Under the pieces are notes generated by a model. It was not told where the DNA came from. It searched no databases and saw nothing but the letters and a program-made list of their open reading frames with translations. Source: Eledone cirrhosa (lineage: Eukaryota). From it: a stretch of 64,000 nucleotides of DNA. Shown one piece after another: positions 29,025-42,289 of the stretch (its first letter is position 1; the number at the start of each line of letters is the position of its first letter). A program made the position numbers and the translations under genes. The stretch spans positions 186,868,001 through 186,932,000 of the forward strand of contig OZ024743.1 in the NCBI GenBank assembly GCA_964016885.1, written 5' to 3'.

Positions 29025-30020
29025 GATGTATGGTTGCGTGGTGCTAAAATAGTGTAAGTATTTGTGTGTGTTCCTGGATGTTTTACCGTGGAGTGTAGGA
29101 ACGGATGTTGAAAATTCCGAGTATATGGAGCGGTGGACTGGTGGTGTAAAATCCTAGGTATAGTAGAGGAAGTAGAGAATTGCGGGGTGCGCGCGCGCAA
29201 CAGGAAGTGGTCAGAGGGTCAAGGCAGGGTGAAGGAAGTGGGAGGGAGGAAGGAGATAGCAGTAGGAAGGTGATAAGCAGGTAGTGTAGGGAGGAGGCGG
29301 ACAGGTGTTAGAGATGGTCTGTATGTGGTGTGGAATGTGTGTATGTGTGTGCGGAGGTGCGATGGACAGGGGAGGGGATGGGTATGTGTTAAAGATTGAG
29401 GGAGAGGGTGGCGGTGTGTGTGTGTGTGTGAGGGGGGGGGTAGTGTGTATATTAGTGGAGGTGTTAGTGGGGTGTGTGTATGTGTGTGTTTGTATTGCAG
29501 GGAGAGAGAGAAGGTGCTGGGGACAGTAAGAGGGAGTGTAATGTTCTGGTGTGTGTGTGTACGTGTTTGGATATGAGTTTGTGTGTGTGTGGTTGAGTGG
29601 GTGTTAGTATTATGGGGGGGGGGTGAATGCGGGTGTGTGAGTGGGGGTTAGTGGTGGTAGTGTGGGTGTGTGAATAGTGTGTGAGTGTATATATTTACTG
29701 GTGGGTGTGCGCGTGTTGAGGCTGTGGGTGTGCGTGTGATAGAGGCATTGGATCAGGCCACAGACGGTGAGGTGGTGGGCAGAATGTCCAGGGGAACCAA
29801 AGTGTCGGGGAATGGGGGAACTCCCACTGAGATGAATATCTCGGAGGTGCTCCGTGAACCGATCCACCAGGCGACGTCCAGTCTGTCCGACGTAGGTTGC
29901 GCTGTACTCCTTGCAGCGAAGTCCATAGACAAGGTTGGAGGAGGTGCAGCGGAAGGCATGCTGGACACAGAGAGAGAGAGTGGCCGTTGGGACCCTGGAA
30001 GGTGGTGGTGTTGGTGCAAT
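28470..30020 (-). mobile_element. Penelope-like element 3' part: GIY-YIG endonuclease remnant, CA-rich UTR and pLTR
   Basis: 29730-30020 translates FRCTSSNLVYGLRCKEYSATYVGQTGRRLVDRFTEHLRDIH..IPRHF..GH. Confidence 0.85.
28544..28568 (-). ncRNA. Minimal hammerhead core in PLE pLTR; stem III replaced by a C12 run
   Basis: CTGATGA a gggc ttat gccc GAAA c. Confidence 0.7.
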
Positions 30021-31729
30021 AGATAATTATTTTGATGTTCAAGTTCAGTTTGTAAATCCTATTCATATAATGAAGATCAAGAGAACGACATTGCTCAGAA
30101 ATTCATTCTAAGAAAATAACTAAACAACAAAACCAATAAAAGAGCTACAGAGGGACGCTGTATGTAATTACTTGAACTGTCTGTTAGAAGTAGCAAGTAA
30201 ATCTCCTTCAATAAATTACGACCTGCCAAATGGAAGGACATATTGGTTTATGTAGTCCTAGGTACAAGCTAGAATGCTTTTGATATCAATACACTTTATC
30301 ATGTATTACCAGAATCAACAACAATTGGTTAACAGCAAAGAGGAAACAGCAAGAGCACTTAAATAATCTTTGGTGTAGATCTCTCTCTCTACCAAAAATT
30401 CACTTCTTATTTAGTAAGGTATGTAGCCAGATCATCTGCAATTTACATTTAAACCAGCCGTATCCAGCCAGAATTCCCTCACCTCTTTCTGTTCAAACCA
30501 GCCATAACTTTCTGCTCATACTGATGTTAAGGTATTGTTCTCAAAATAAATAACATCAAAATCTCAGATTTGATATTATGTGAGATAATTATGTAAGATA
30601 AAGCCTTTGCCACAAAAATACAATAGTAAATATATTGAGAAATGTAAATGCTAAAGGGTTAAACATCTGTTTACATTCTTCAATAGCTCACTGCCATTGT
30701 AGTATTTTTCATCAGACGATCATAATGGCAGTAAAATAATTAACAATGAAATGTACAAGTGCAATATAAGAAATGAATTAAATTCTGCTAAGGTGAGGCA
30801 AAGTTTTGCCCTAATATTAAAATGATAAATAAGATAGATCTCTTTAATCAAGTAGAGATGGCCAAATGGAACACAACAACCAACAGGAATAAATCAAGTC
30901 CAAATAGAAAATAAATGTACACTTGTTTAACAGAGAGCTTCAAAAACTAACAAACATTTTAAGGCCATTTTTCCTTGCTAAATCACATGTTAGTTTTGCT
31001 GGTCCCATGACAGGATTCATACTGAACCTGGGGTCCTTTTCATTGTAATGTTTTTGAACACCAACTCATAATTACTTCATAACACACAGTGATAAGGAAT
31101 TTACTGTTACAAAAATGAGTTAAACCTGTAATCAAATGAAGGGAAAGATTTGATACCAGCTATGTGTTGAGTACAGAAGATGATACATATACAGAAATAC
31201 AAATATATTTCACTGAGCAAAATCTTATAAAATGTTGCTAAAAGTACATTATCACAATAAAATATGATGATGAGCATTAAATTATAGCACCATATTTACA
31301 GAAGATAGATATATTGAACACATTTGAATATGTTGTATATGTCATCAAAAAGAATTTACCAATATATTCAATTATTAAAGAGAAAAAACAACAACACAGA
31401 ACAGATGACTGTATTTTTACTAAGTTGTATTATAAAGGAATAGACAAGACATTATGACTTACAGTAAAAAGGAAAAAAAGTAAACGAGATTCAAGTTTTC
31501 TTTTTCTTCCTCCTTAATTGATGAAAAGTACTTTTATTCATTATTCCACGCAGCAAATTGAAAGCATTATTCTTTCATTAGTGTTCAGTGTTTCTTTGTA
31601 GTTTTTGTGGGAAGTTTATTTATGTATTGTTAGACATAATAACTATTACGTTAAAACATCACAGAAAATATTGATAAGAATAAGGAAAATTTCGATCAGA
31701 AATATGGATACCAATCATAATTGTCTCAG

Positions 31730-32050
31730 TCATCATCATCATCGTCATTTTATGACCATTTTCCACACTGTCATGAGTTGTCATAGTCTGAGACCATATG
31801 GATTAGTAAAGCTTCACCTTGCTCAGACAATCGATATTTGGCATGGTTTCTATGATTGTATACAGAGTGTACTGGGTGTATTTTCGTGGTACAAGTACTA
31901 CAAATTTACAGAGTGTACAGAATGCATTTTATCGTGGTACCAGAACTACCATTTTACACAGTGTACTAAGTGCATTTTATCAGGGCACCAAAACTGTACT
32001 CTGGCACAAAAAGTGTACCGGGTGTACTTTACATGCTTTCACCACTGGCG
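31730..32050 (-). mobile_element. Old RTE 3' UTR with ~39-bp tandem repeats
   Basis: Repeated tacagagtgtactgggtgtatttt..tggtac units; (cat)n tail. Confidence 0.55.
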
Positions 32051-32190
32051 AGTTTGCATCGGATCTTCCAGGATTGAGTCATCACTGAATCTCGCATCTG
32101 CACATTTCAGGCACTTGACCAGTGAGGTGAATAAAAGAAAAGAAATGGCAGAGGTAACAGAGTGATTAAGCAAAGGGGCATATCAAAGAA

Positions 32191-32246
<56 letters not shown>

Positions 32247-32247
32247 G

Positions 32248-33450
32248 TAGGAACAAGTATGACCCCGACGGCAGAGCTCAAGCCGTTTCGACGGCTAATT
32301 CTGGACTAAATAAGAATTTTTAGCCGAACTTCTCAGGGAGGTAATTCCTTATATGGGAAGATAGTAATTGTCAAAAGGATTGGTAAAAAATTTGTTGTAA
32401 AGACAGATGACTCTATCATGGCATTTGGTGGGAGGTAGGGGTAGCTGAACTTGCCGGTAGAACAAAGAGGGAGTGGGGGAAACCCAGTCAAGCATTGAAA
32501 GTGAAATCTATACAGCAGATTCTAAGGATAGTGTATAGAAGGTCGAAAAAAGTGTACTGGAGAAGGGCGGTGGGTGTTGTTGAAAGAATAGGTAAATCAA
32601 AAGGGAGTAAACAAAAAAAAACATTATAAAAATAAGGAAATAAATATATAAAAAACAATTTCTGGTTACTACTCCATTTCCACAATCACCAAATCTCTCC
32701 ACAATCACCAAATCTCTCATTGGTATTGCTAAGCTATAGAAAAATACTAAATACGAGATTGTAGTGAAATAATTATATAAAGCCGGCTTTACAGGGGGTC
32801 TAACACCACTGCTATAGTTAGTTAGTAATCAGCCAATGCCATCTTACAATGACAGTTGAGAACAAAAATACTACTACAAAAATACTAATACGAAATATTA
32901 ATTCAGAATACTAATACAGAAATACTAATACAAGAATACTAATACAAAAATACCACTCATAAACTTAGAAACCACAGAAATGGAGCAGTAACCAGAAAGA
33001 AAACAATTTACTGGGGCCTAACACATCTGCTATAAAAAGCGTAATCGGCCAATTCTATCTTAAAATTAGGGGCTGGGGGTACTGAGGCTACAGAGGACCG
33101 ATGAGCTACATCGGGGTACGCGAAAAGGTGAAAAAAAGATAAGGAAGGAGATCTGGGGTGGAAGGACTAGAAAGAGATGGGGGGGGGGGGAGGAAATATA
33201 GAGGAAAAGATAAAAAAGTTACGTCTACCTTTGTAAGCAGGGGTTACCCCTTACAAAATCGGCAAGTGGGGTGTTTCACATAACCACTCCTCATTGAAAT
33301 GGTGGATTTTGGAAGCTGGGAAACAACTAATTAATTAAGCTTACAACGCTTTCCACAACACAAAAAAAAAACGAAGGATCAAAACATCCTTCAGTATCAA
33401 GGGATTGCTTTTAAACGACTGGGAGGTGCATATCTGTAACTCTAAGTTCT
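32248..33450 (-). mobile_element. Degraded Penelope-like element ending in an HHR-bearing pLTR
   Basis: HHR at its 3' end; LVVSQLP..G..HPTCRFCK remnant near 33260-33330 resembles the pre-GIY-YIG Cys motif. Confidence 0.5.
32262..32340 (-). ncRNA. Type I hammerhead ribozyme with 1-nt core deletion
   Basis: ctcc CTGAGAA g..cggcta..tagccgtc GAAA cggc ttgagctct gccG TC gggg. Confidence 0.65.
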
Positions 33451-33478
33451 CTCTCTATATATATATTATATATATATA

Positions 33479-34699
33479 CTAGCAGAAAACCACCCGGTGG
33501 GCGGTTTTCTGCTAGCAAATCTAGTGTATATACTGATATTGTTGAGATTTGGATGAGAAATGTTTTTGGCACCACATGTTCACCGTCTCTCGGTGTGTCT
33601 TTTATGCATGTATAAATATATATGTTATCTATACGGTGAAATCTTTGAAATAAATATATGTTAAAACGAAAAAGGAGAAAAAGAGATTAGTGACGGAAAT
33701 ATAAACGTTATGATACATAAACGTTATGATATAACGATGGAAATATATCTTCAAATGGTCCTTGGCATGGTGTCAAGTCAGAACCACCTCGAACTGGTTA
33801 TTTGTGGCTTGTGCAAGGTGTCTCTATAGCAACCAGCGATTCCCTCGGCCTCAGTGACCAAAGTCAGTGGAGAGGGGAAGGTAATGTTTCTATAGCGACA
33901 GTGTTTCTCTTGGTAGTACCAAAGTGGAGAAAGGAAGGGGAAGGTAATATTTCTGTAGCACCTACATTTGAGTTTTAGAGAAGGACAGACAGACAGACAG
34001 ACAAACAGAGAAATGCCCATATATTTCTGTGTGTGTATATATATATATATTACACACACAGAAATGTATATATATTTCTGTGTGTATATATATATATTAC
34101 ACACACAGAAATGTATATATATTTCTTAGAACAAAATTATTATTAATATTTTGCTGTTCATAACAATTGGAATTGAAAAATTACTTTTGAAATTATTAGT
34201 TATTTTACTAATGCTTAGATATGTAATAATTGTTTCTACTTTTGGCACAAGGCCAGCAATTACCCAGTACATTACTGGTACTTTATTTTATCGACCCCGT
34301 GAGGATGAAAGGCAAAGTTAACCTCGGCGGTATTTGAACTCAGACCGTAAAGGGACGTAACTCCATGCTATGAAGCATGGTGTCCGACTCTCTACAGATT
34401 CTGCCAATCCACCGCCCTAATGTCTGTACGTAATGAGGGAGTGAGAGGGGAGAGAAAGACAAGCAGAGGTGAAGTGACGAAGTGACTCTCTCCTCCTCCT
34501 CCTCCATCTCCCCATTCGTCACAGCGATAGAGGGGAGGAATGTTAGTGTGTTACAAAGAGAAAGAGTGATAGTGAGAGAAATAGACAGACTAAAAGAGAG
34601 GGATAACTGGAGAGAGAGAGAGATAGCAACCACGCGCGCACGTGTTTCCACTGTCGGACAGACAGACAGAGAAATTGCTGGTTATATATTATAAGGAGA
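33479..34699 (-). mobile_element. Helitron-like element(s), possibly composite, with nested SINE
   Basis: Minus 5' A|TCTCCTTATAATATATAA..CTGTCTGTCTGTCC; 3' hairpin ending CTAG|T at 33479. Confidence 0.65.
34225..34417 (-). mobile_element. SINE family A copy
   Basis: High identity to 17830-18022. Confidence 0.88.
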
Positions 34700-34739
34700 T
34701 ATATATATATATATATATATATACAGAGAAAGAGAGAGA

Positions 34740-34821
<82 letters not shown>

Positions 34822-34934
34822 TTAATATGAAGCATTGTGAGATATGTAGAAAAAGAACTGATTAATTTATTTTTAAGCTGGTAGAAAAATACGAAGGGCA
34901 AACGATGACAAATGAAACAAAAAAAATCAATGTT

Positions 34935-35330
34935 TTACCCAATGATATTTCATGGCTAATACCCTCTTTTCAGGTGCGAAGCTGAAAGTGTCAAAGACAA
35001 AACAAACGTGTGATTGGAGATTTCTTTCCTAACAGGTCTTATATGTTTTCAAAATGCATTGCATGCACAGGGTCGCTACCGTAACCATTCTGCCTCGCGC
35101 ATTTATCTTTGGTTTTATTCAGCTGATGAAAATGGCCTCGTCATTTTATCTATTTCCTATATTTCTTTCAGTGGCTTCTATGGTGACCTCCGTGTCTTGG
35201 CTGTGGCATCTGTCCAGATGTTTTTTAACCGCAGCTCCCATTCTTAGGTATTCCATGAGTGGTACCTCCAAAGTATGAAGAGCTACATTTTTTGGCACGT
35301 GCTCTTATAGACCACATATGCTCTCATGCA
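34935..35330 (-). mobile_element. Penelope-like GIY-YIG remnant with degenerate HHR-like core downstream
   Basis: VVYKSTCQ/CSSSYFGGT..EYLRMGAAVKKHL..EAIFIS*IKPKIN; CTGAAAA..GAAA at ~34945-34975. Confidence 0.65.
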
Positions 35331-35393
35331 CACTTCTACATTGTTGACGGGATAATTAGGAAGTGTGCATATATCGCTGTATGTGGGTTGGTG

Positions 35394-35461
<68 letters not shown>

Positions 35462-35669
35462 GCGTTGGTGTATCCCAAGCAACATATTTGTATGTATAGT
35501 GGATTGTATAGTTTTCCCATAGTGCCCTAGGTTCAGGGCAAGGCTAAAAGATTAAGCTATAGGGAGTGGAGAGGGAGAAGCTAGAATGTAATGAAATACA
35601 ATAAACGATATAAAACTTGTTTAAAACGGTATACATTTTGTGTTTTATTGATCGCTTACGTAATATGTG

Positions 35670-36110
35670 GGGAAAGAATAACCACAAAAATACTTGCGGA
35701 ACTACGAGATATACTTGACCAAAGAATAACGAAGGCCCATTTTATTAGGAAGCGGGTGCCTACCCTAAACCATCGCAGTGACTTGGACACATAGAAATAC
35801 CTACACATGTATTCCGAGGAGTAACGGATTAGCTAAGGTAGGAATTAGATTAACATAGTCTGAAGAAAGATTATAAAATCCGAAAGCGATCACTATCAAG
35901 TGAACAATAGGCTAGTAGACTGTAGTCACGTAACCATTCATGGTAACAATTAATATTAACAGTTATTCTAATCCTAACTCTAACTCCGACTTTAGATTTC
36001 ACACACTCAACTTTCTACATCTCTACCTTCACCTAAATGAAGAATGAATCACAAAACGTACACCGTTTCAAGCAAGTTTTATATTGTTCATTATATTTTA
36101 TTACGGTCTA
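35670..36110 (+). mobile_element. Penelope-like 3' end (GIY-YIG C-terminus plus pLTR)
   Basis: ILAELRDILDQRITKAHFIRKRVPTLNHRSD resembles the R.I.EA.FI...P.LN motif, followed by an HHR. Confidence 0.6.
35855..35896 (+). ncRNA. Minimal type I hammerhead ribozyme
   Basis: atagt CTGAAGA a agatt ataa aatcc GAAA gcga TC actat; 5-bp stem I, one mismatch each in stems II and III. Confidence 0.75.
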
Positions 36111-36796
36111 GCTTCTCCCTCTCCCCTCACAAGAGTTTACTTTTCTAACCTTGCCCCGAGTTGCATGCATTACGGAAAAAATACACAATCCAGTATATAT
36201 ATCTATATATATAAAACACCAAAGAGTCGATATGCTGTCAAACTAACGTCTCAACCGACAGAGATTCATCCCGAGGATGTGAGATTATAAAATCAGAAAT
36301 CTTAGAATTTTCTTAAGAAAAAAGCATTTTCGTCTAAAATTCCATTATGATTTTATACTTTATATATCAGCCCAATATGAATCCTACTGCTTTGAGCTTT
36401 AAACCTTATGGTTAAGTCTATACCAAATAATAGCAACACTTATAATTATTAAAGTTATATATATATATATATATATGAAAGCAGAAATATTTTACTGAAA
36501 CATGTCTGTTTAAATATAGCTACCATTACTCATTTTAGTACTCTCTTCCATCACATTCTTATTCCCTTGTCCCATTACTGTTGCTCCTCTATAACTTCCT
36601 CTATCACAGTTTTCTGTTACAGCCCCTTACTCCAATTTATCATGTCCCTGCCACCATACTCTCATATTCCTTTTCTGAGTCACCCTGGTACTTCTGTCAT
36701 ACTCTTTGTTATATATCAACTATTGGTAGTGTAGCTAGAATTGGCAGAGACAACGTTCAGTAGTGAGTACCCACTTAATGTCACAACATCTAAGGC

Positions 36797-37386
36797 AATA
36801 ATTGTTTCTACGTTAGGCACAAGGCCAGCAATTACCCAGTGCATTACTGGTACTTTATTTTATCGACCTCGTAAGGATGAAAAGCAAAGTCAACCTCAGC
36901 GGGATTTGAACTCAGATTGTAAAGGGACGTAACTATGCTGGAAAGCATGGCGTCCGACCCTCTACCAATACTGCCAATCCACCGCCCTTTAGGCAATAAT
37001 AAGGCCATCTAAGGCAATAATAATGTTTATTTATTTATTTTCATAATAATAATTGTTTCTACTTTTGGCACAAAGCCAGCAATTACCCAGTGCATTAATG
37101 GTACTTCATTTTATCGACCCCGTAAGGATGAAAGGCAAAACCTCGGCGGGATTTGAACTCAGAATGGCAAGGGCCATAACTATATGCGTCAAAGCATGGC
37201 ATCTGACCGATACTGCCAATCCAAATGATTCTAATATAGGCACAAGGCCAGTAATTTGGGGGGGGGGGTTAAATCGACCCCAGTACATTACTGATACTCT
37301 ATTTTACCAACCCCGTAAGGATGAAAGACAAAGTTAACCTCGGCAGGATTTGAACTCAGACCGTAAAGGACTGTAACTCTATGCTA
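36797..37386 (-). mobile_element. Three SINE family A copies in tandem (36797-36987, 37047-37223, 37224-37386)
   Basis: Repeated tttctact..ggcacaaggccag..ttgaactcag. Confidence 0.85.
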
Positions 37387-38507
37387 TAATAAAAAGTAGT
37401 TGTCATTTGAACAGAAAAATGTACAGTTGGGAAGATCTGTTTAGCCTTCTTGATGATATAAGAACCTCTTTAATGTTGATGCTACATGAAATGCATCCAG
37501 TAAACATTGTAAAGTGATAGTGGTGGTCCTATGATAATATGTGCCCTTTGTGAAGTGGTTGTATTACAAAGAGCATCTTGCCATAGAAACCATGCCAAAA
37601 AGGAAATACATGAGCAAGATATGGTTTTCAGACCCATCTCATCTATGACCATGATAACTCGCCCATTCATCATTTAATATCAGTATAATGTTACATCGAA
37701 GCTTTTAGTATCAATATTTATATGCTTAACTAACTAAGCTATCTTTACTGGAACGAAAATGGCAAAGTCATTTGTAATATTAGCTTCAAGCTTAATTATT
37801 AACTTCTCTTTGATTCACAAAACCCATGCTCAGAAACATGTTTACACCAGCTACTCTAACACCACTGAGCTATAAAACTTCTTTTTATAAAATTCTTTTG
37901 ACTGATCAAACCTGTATGCCTTTTACATCCAAATTGTTATTACTTTATATGCCAAATTTTATTGTCATGATTCCTCAAGACATTACAACTCCTTATTCTG
38001 CTACTCATAGCAGTTTCTATATATCATTCTATATGTTTTTGTACATGAGTAGTTTTAAAGAAACATCTAGTACTACAGTAATGGCACAGTAAATATATAA
38101 TCCCCATCTCCAAGTCATGTGAGAACTAGGCAATCATCTTTAATCTGCTGAGTATAAGATCAAAGTGTTGAAGCTGGTTAGTGTAAAGAAACAGATGTGC
38201 TAGAATACTCTATAGAAAATGAACACTGCTGAGGTGGAGTGAAAACATATTTGGTAAGGCAAATGAATTTGCTACATAATCTTCCTGAATTAAAATGAGA
38301 CTAGATTTGCTGACATTTATTTTTTTGTCTTCGTTTAAAGAAAGATCAGTAGATAAAGTAAGAAGGAGAGATATGCAAGATGTTAAATATGTTCAGAGAA
38401 AGTAACAAAGTAAAAAAGAATAATAAATGAAAGGGGAGATGAAGAAAAAGGGAGGCAAGAGAAAGAAAGAGTGAGAGAGAGGAAAAAATAGTAAGGCAGT
38501 GGAAATA

Positions 38508-38548
<41 letters not shown>

Positions 38549-39197
38549 ATATATGTGTGTGTGTGTGTACAGAGAGAGGGAGGGAAATAAAGAGAGAGTT
38601 GGTGGTAAGAAAGATTAAAAGAGGGGAAAAAAATAAACTAACTGTTGATTTAATATATCTGAAATCTGTGCTCACTCCCTCTCCTCCCCAAAACTTGCTC
38701 AAGGCTGTTTAAAAAATTTTGTATTGCATATTGCAAATGACTACCAAACTGCAAATAAATTTAATGTTCATTGCATTTAACAGAAACACAACAATTATAC
38801 CTTGCAGCAGTAAAATTTTAAAGACAAATGATACATGTCTATTATACATGTCTATAATGATGCTTGTCTATTATTTTTTAATGTATCTTCCTATCTCTCT
38901 GTTTATCTATCTAATTTCTCTCTCGTAGTTTTGAGAACAACAGAAATTTCTTTCTGAATAAAAAATAAATAAAAAGCAGTATTCTGTATTACTATCAAAT
39001 GTTGAAATCTCCTTTTTTTATTCTACATTGCATTGTATCATAACAGTGAAGATTATCTTCATCTTAGTATGGAACGCAGTTTGAGAATACTTCATAGTAT
39101 AATAGAAAAACTGCGAAAGTGACAATAACGTGTATACGTGAAACATGTTCTCAAGTATGGTTTAGTAATTGTTGTGAAATTAACTCAAAACACACAA

Positions 39198-39229
<32 letters not shown>

Positions 39230-39231
<2 letters not shown>

Positions 39232-39610
39232 CATCCTCATCATAGTTTATCACCTATTTTCCATGCTTGCATGGGTTAGACAGCTGTCATGTGCTAAGGA
39301 AAGACTGGTCAGGGGACTAGATCCTGCTCATACGCTTTGTTGTGGCTTAGTTTCTACAGTGGCAGGCTCTTCCTTATGTCATCAACTTTACAGTGTGCAC
39401 TGGGAGCATGGTTTCTATGGTGGGATGTCATTCCTAACATCAATCACTTTACAGTATGTACTGGGAGCATGGTTTCTATGGTTTGATGCCCTACCTTACA
39501 CCAACAAATTTACAGAGTGTATTGGGAGCATTTCATCATAACTAAAGCACTACCACATAATAGGGTGGTTTGGGTGATTTTGTAGTGGCACCAGCACTTC
39601 CACTTTATTG
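39230..39610 (-). mobile_element. Old RTE 3' UTR with ~53-bp duplication
   Basis: ccatgcttgcatgggttagac tail motif; ctgggagcatggtttctatgg twice. Confidence 0.6.
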
Positions 39611-39659
39611 ACTAACCTTACTGATTGCATCTTTATATACCCTTATAAGCCATTCCTCT

Positions 39660-40270
39660 ACTCCTTGTTCCAGATTATAGAGTGAGGAAGCCTGTCAAAA
39701 ATTGTTTTCAGATCAACAAATGCTAGGTAGAGGTGCTTACACTTAGCTAAGTAGTATTTCTCCTGCAGCTGTCTCACAATGAAGAAGGCATCTGTAGTAC
39801 CTTTACCTGGCATAAAGCCAAACTGCATCTCATCTATGTTAAATCTATACTGAATTAGTTGTGCCTTTACTCTTTCAGTAACTTTCATAATGTGGTCCAT
39901 CTTCCTCCCATGCATTCTCCTCATTTTCCAGTCTCTCATAGTAGCACTTCCATGGTTCTTTTTTTTTCAGTGTCCCTGAAGGGAAATGTGACATTATCAT
40001 TTTGGGCACATTTCTTCCCATCAACATCTTGATTTTTCCCTTACACACTGCCTTGTAATCCTAAAAACTAATGCCTATCTATGGTCCTCACAGTGCTATC
40101 ATGTTCAAGCTTCTTATTTTCTGCTTCCCTCCTAGCTAAGTATACTTGCCGCTTGGCTTCTTGTCTAGTATCTTCATACTGTTGCCAGCTTTCCTCTATT
40201 TAGCCTGTCTTTTCATGTCTGTTTCTTAACTTTAATTGCCTCATCCAATCTTCTATTCACCCACCATATC
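39660..40270 (-). mobile_element. Degraded RTE RT fragment
   Basis: IDEMQFGFMPGKGTTDAFFIVRQLQEKY..LYLAFVDLK. Confidence 0.88.
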
Positions 40271-40319
40271 ACACAACATTCTTTGCTCAGCACTGATTCT
40301 AAAGTTGCATATAATTATA

Positions 40320-40452
40320 TATTGGTAGTATCGGTAGAGGGTTGGACGCCTGCCGAGGTTAACTTTATCTTTCATCCTTACGGGGTCGATAAAATAAAGT
40401 ACCAGTAATACACTGGATTAATTGCTGGCCTTGTGCCAAAAGTAGAAACAAT
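40320..40452 (+). mobile_element. SINE family A copy with internal deletion
   Basis: Head joined directly to gccgaggttaactt. Confidence 0.8.
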
Positions 40453-40633
40453 TATATATATAATTGGCAGTAGGACTAAGATACCGTTTAAACATAATAG
40501 GGGTGTATATGAAAACATATACAATATGTTTATATACAATAAACACATGGGTAGCCTCTCTATCAATAAAAACATTTTTTTGAAATGAAAAAAATATTTT
40601 TCGCTGTTTCCCTACTTGAATATATCATAGAGT

Positions 40634-40719
40634 TGTCAGTATGGTCGAGAATGCAAGACAGCACTGTTCCAAGATTTGTTAATCTTTCATCAGCTTCCCT
40701 CACTCAACCTGTACTGACA
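40634..40719 (-). ncRNA. Hammerhead-like RNA with extended stem I (GGAA in place of GAAA)
   Basis: tgtcagta/tactgaca and ggttgag/ctcgacc outer helices; CTGATGA; aagatt-aaca-aatctt stem II; acag-tg-ctgt stem III; GTC site at 40657-40659. Confidence 0.7.
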
Positions 40720-40736
40720 TGGAAATAAATTGGAGT

Positions 40737-40827
40737 CTATATAGAATGTTGCATGATGAACATTTACTGGAGATGCTCATTTGCATATATCAAATGGAAA
40801 ATATTGATTGGAAATTCTCATTTGCAT
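40737..40827 (-). promoter_or_regulatory. Octamer-CCAAT-octamer-TATA cluster upstream of the hammerhead-like RNA
   Basis: ATGCAAATGAG at 40827-40817 and 40786-40776, CCAAT at 40811-40807, TATATAG at 40743-40737. Confidence 0.5.
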
Positions 40828-42099
40828 AGAGTGTAAACTTGGCTGGTTATATAAATAGGTTCTTATATGCCTTTATTCTGAATCATATGGTGCTAATATT
40901 ATCGCTAAGTAAAATATATATACTCTTTTATTTCTAGTAATTATCAATTTTCAACTTCTTTCTAGACATAGATGTGAGATTTCCTCTCTTCAAAAATTTT
41001 AATATTCCTTCATTAACGCCACTATATTCTCAACATCTCAAACGAATGTTAAGTAGTAATGCCAAATATATATTTCTCTTTTGATGCTGTCATTTATATT
41101 CATATCTGTTGTCCCTCAATAAGATGAAACTGTCAAGTAAATGACTTAGAAGTAATTTGTTAGTGCCATGAAATGCATCATTTCAACATGAAGGATAAAA
41201 AAAAATCAATGGAATTTTATCAAAATTTTATTTTCAAACTGAAATTATATAACTGTTAAAAAAGATATGAATTACCAACTCCATGAAAATACTGTAAAAG
41301 GTTTTGGTTGAATTCTTGATGAATTTATCAGAGATTCGTCATGCTCTGCACCTAAATTTTCATTATTTTTTCAGGAAAAGGCCTTAAAGTTAGTTAATAT
41401 AAATAATATATATTTCCCAGGCATAATGCTCACCTAAACAAGTGCTAATACTGTGAATAAAATAGAATAGACCAAGTATATTTGGCACTTATTCATTTAA
41501 GTGTATATTTTTAAACCCCCTCTAAACTTTTGATTATAACTTTGGAAAAAACTTGGTTTTAGATTAATATGTTTTGAGCATCAGAGATTCAAAATCTGTA
41601 AATAAAATATATTTTTTGATCTGTAAATAAAATATATATTTTCAAATTTATGTTTATGGTTCGAGGATTTACAAATGCTCTACTGTATTTTGATGTATTT
41701 GAAAGTACTGTTTTATTTTCTGAAAATGTCAAATGTTGTTGTTTTAGTTTAAATTTGATAAGGAGAAAAATGTAATTATAAATCCAAACAAAATATAGTA
41801 CAGCAAATACAAATGAAATATATATATTTTCAATAAACATACTACAGTTATAAATCCCCTAACACTAATCAGTTTCTGATTTTAAAAAATTTAACCAAAA
41901 GATAATTTTATTTTAAGGTTTTGAATCATAAAAATCCTAAGATTTTATATTCAGAATATTGATTTTAAAGGCATAATTAAAATGTTAGGATTTAATTTTT
42001 TAAAACCCAATCTAAATATGTGCAGTATATTAATTTCTGTATTTTATAAGAATTTTAGAGATGGCTGTGATTGAAGTGTGTACTGTCAACTCTCCTGTT

Positions 42100-42282
42100 C
42101 GTGAATTGGCAGTATTGGTAGAGGGTCAGACATGCTTTCCAGCGTAGTTACGTCCCTTTACGATCTGAGTTCAAATCCCGCCGAGGTTAACTTTGCCTTT
42201 CATCCTTACAGGGTCGATAAAATAAAGTACCAGTAATACACTGGGTAATTGCTGGCCTTGTGCCGAAAGTAGAAACAATTAT
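42100..42282 (+). mobile_element. SINE family A copy
   Basis: Homology to other copies. Confidence 0.85.
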
Positions 42283-42289
42283 TGTCCTG

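Noticed and set aside
30691-30732. 11-bp hairpin with a tggcagt seed-like sequence
   Set aside because: Too short for a pre-miRNA and no match to miR-34 beyond the seed
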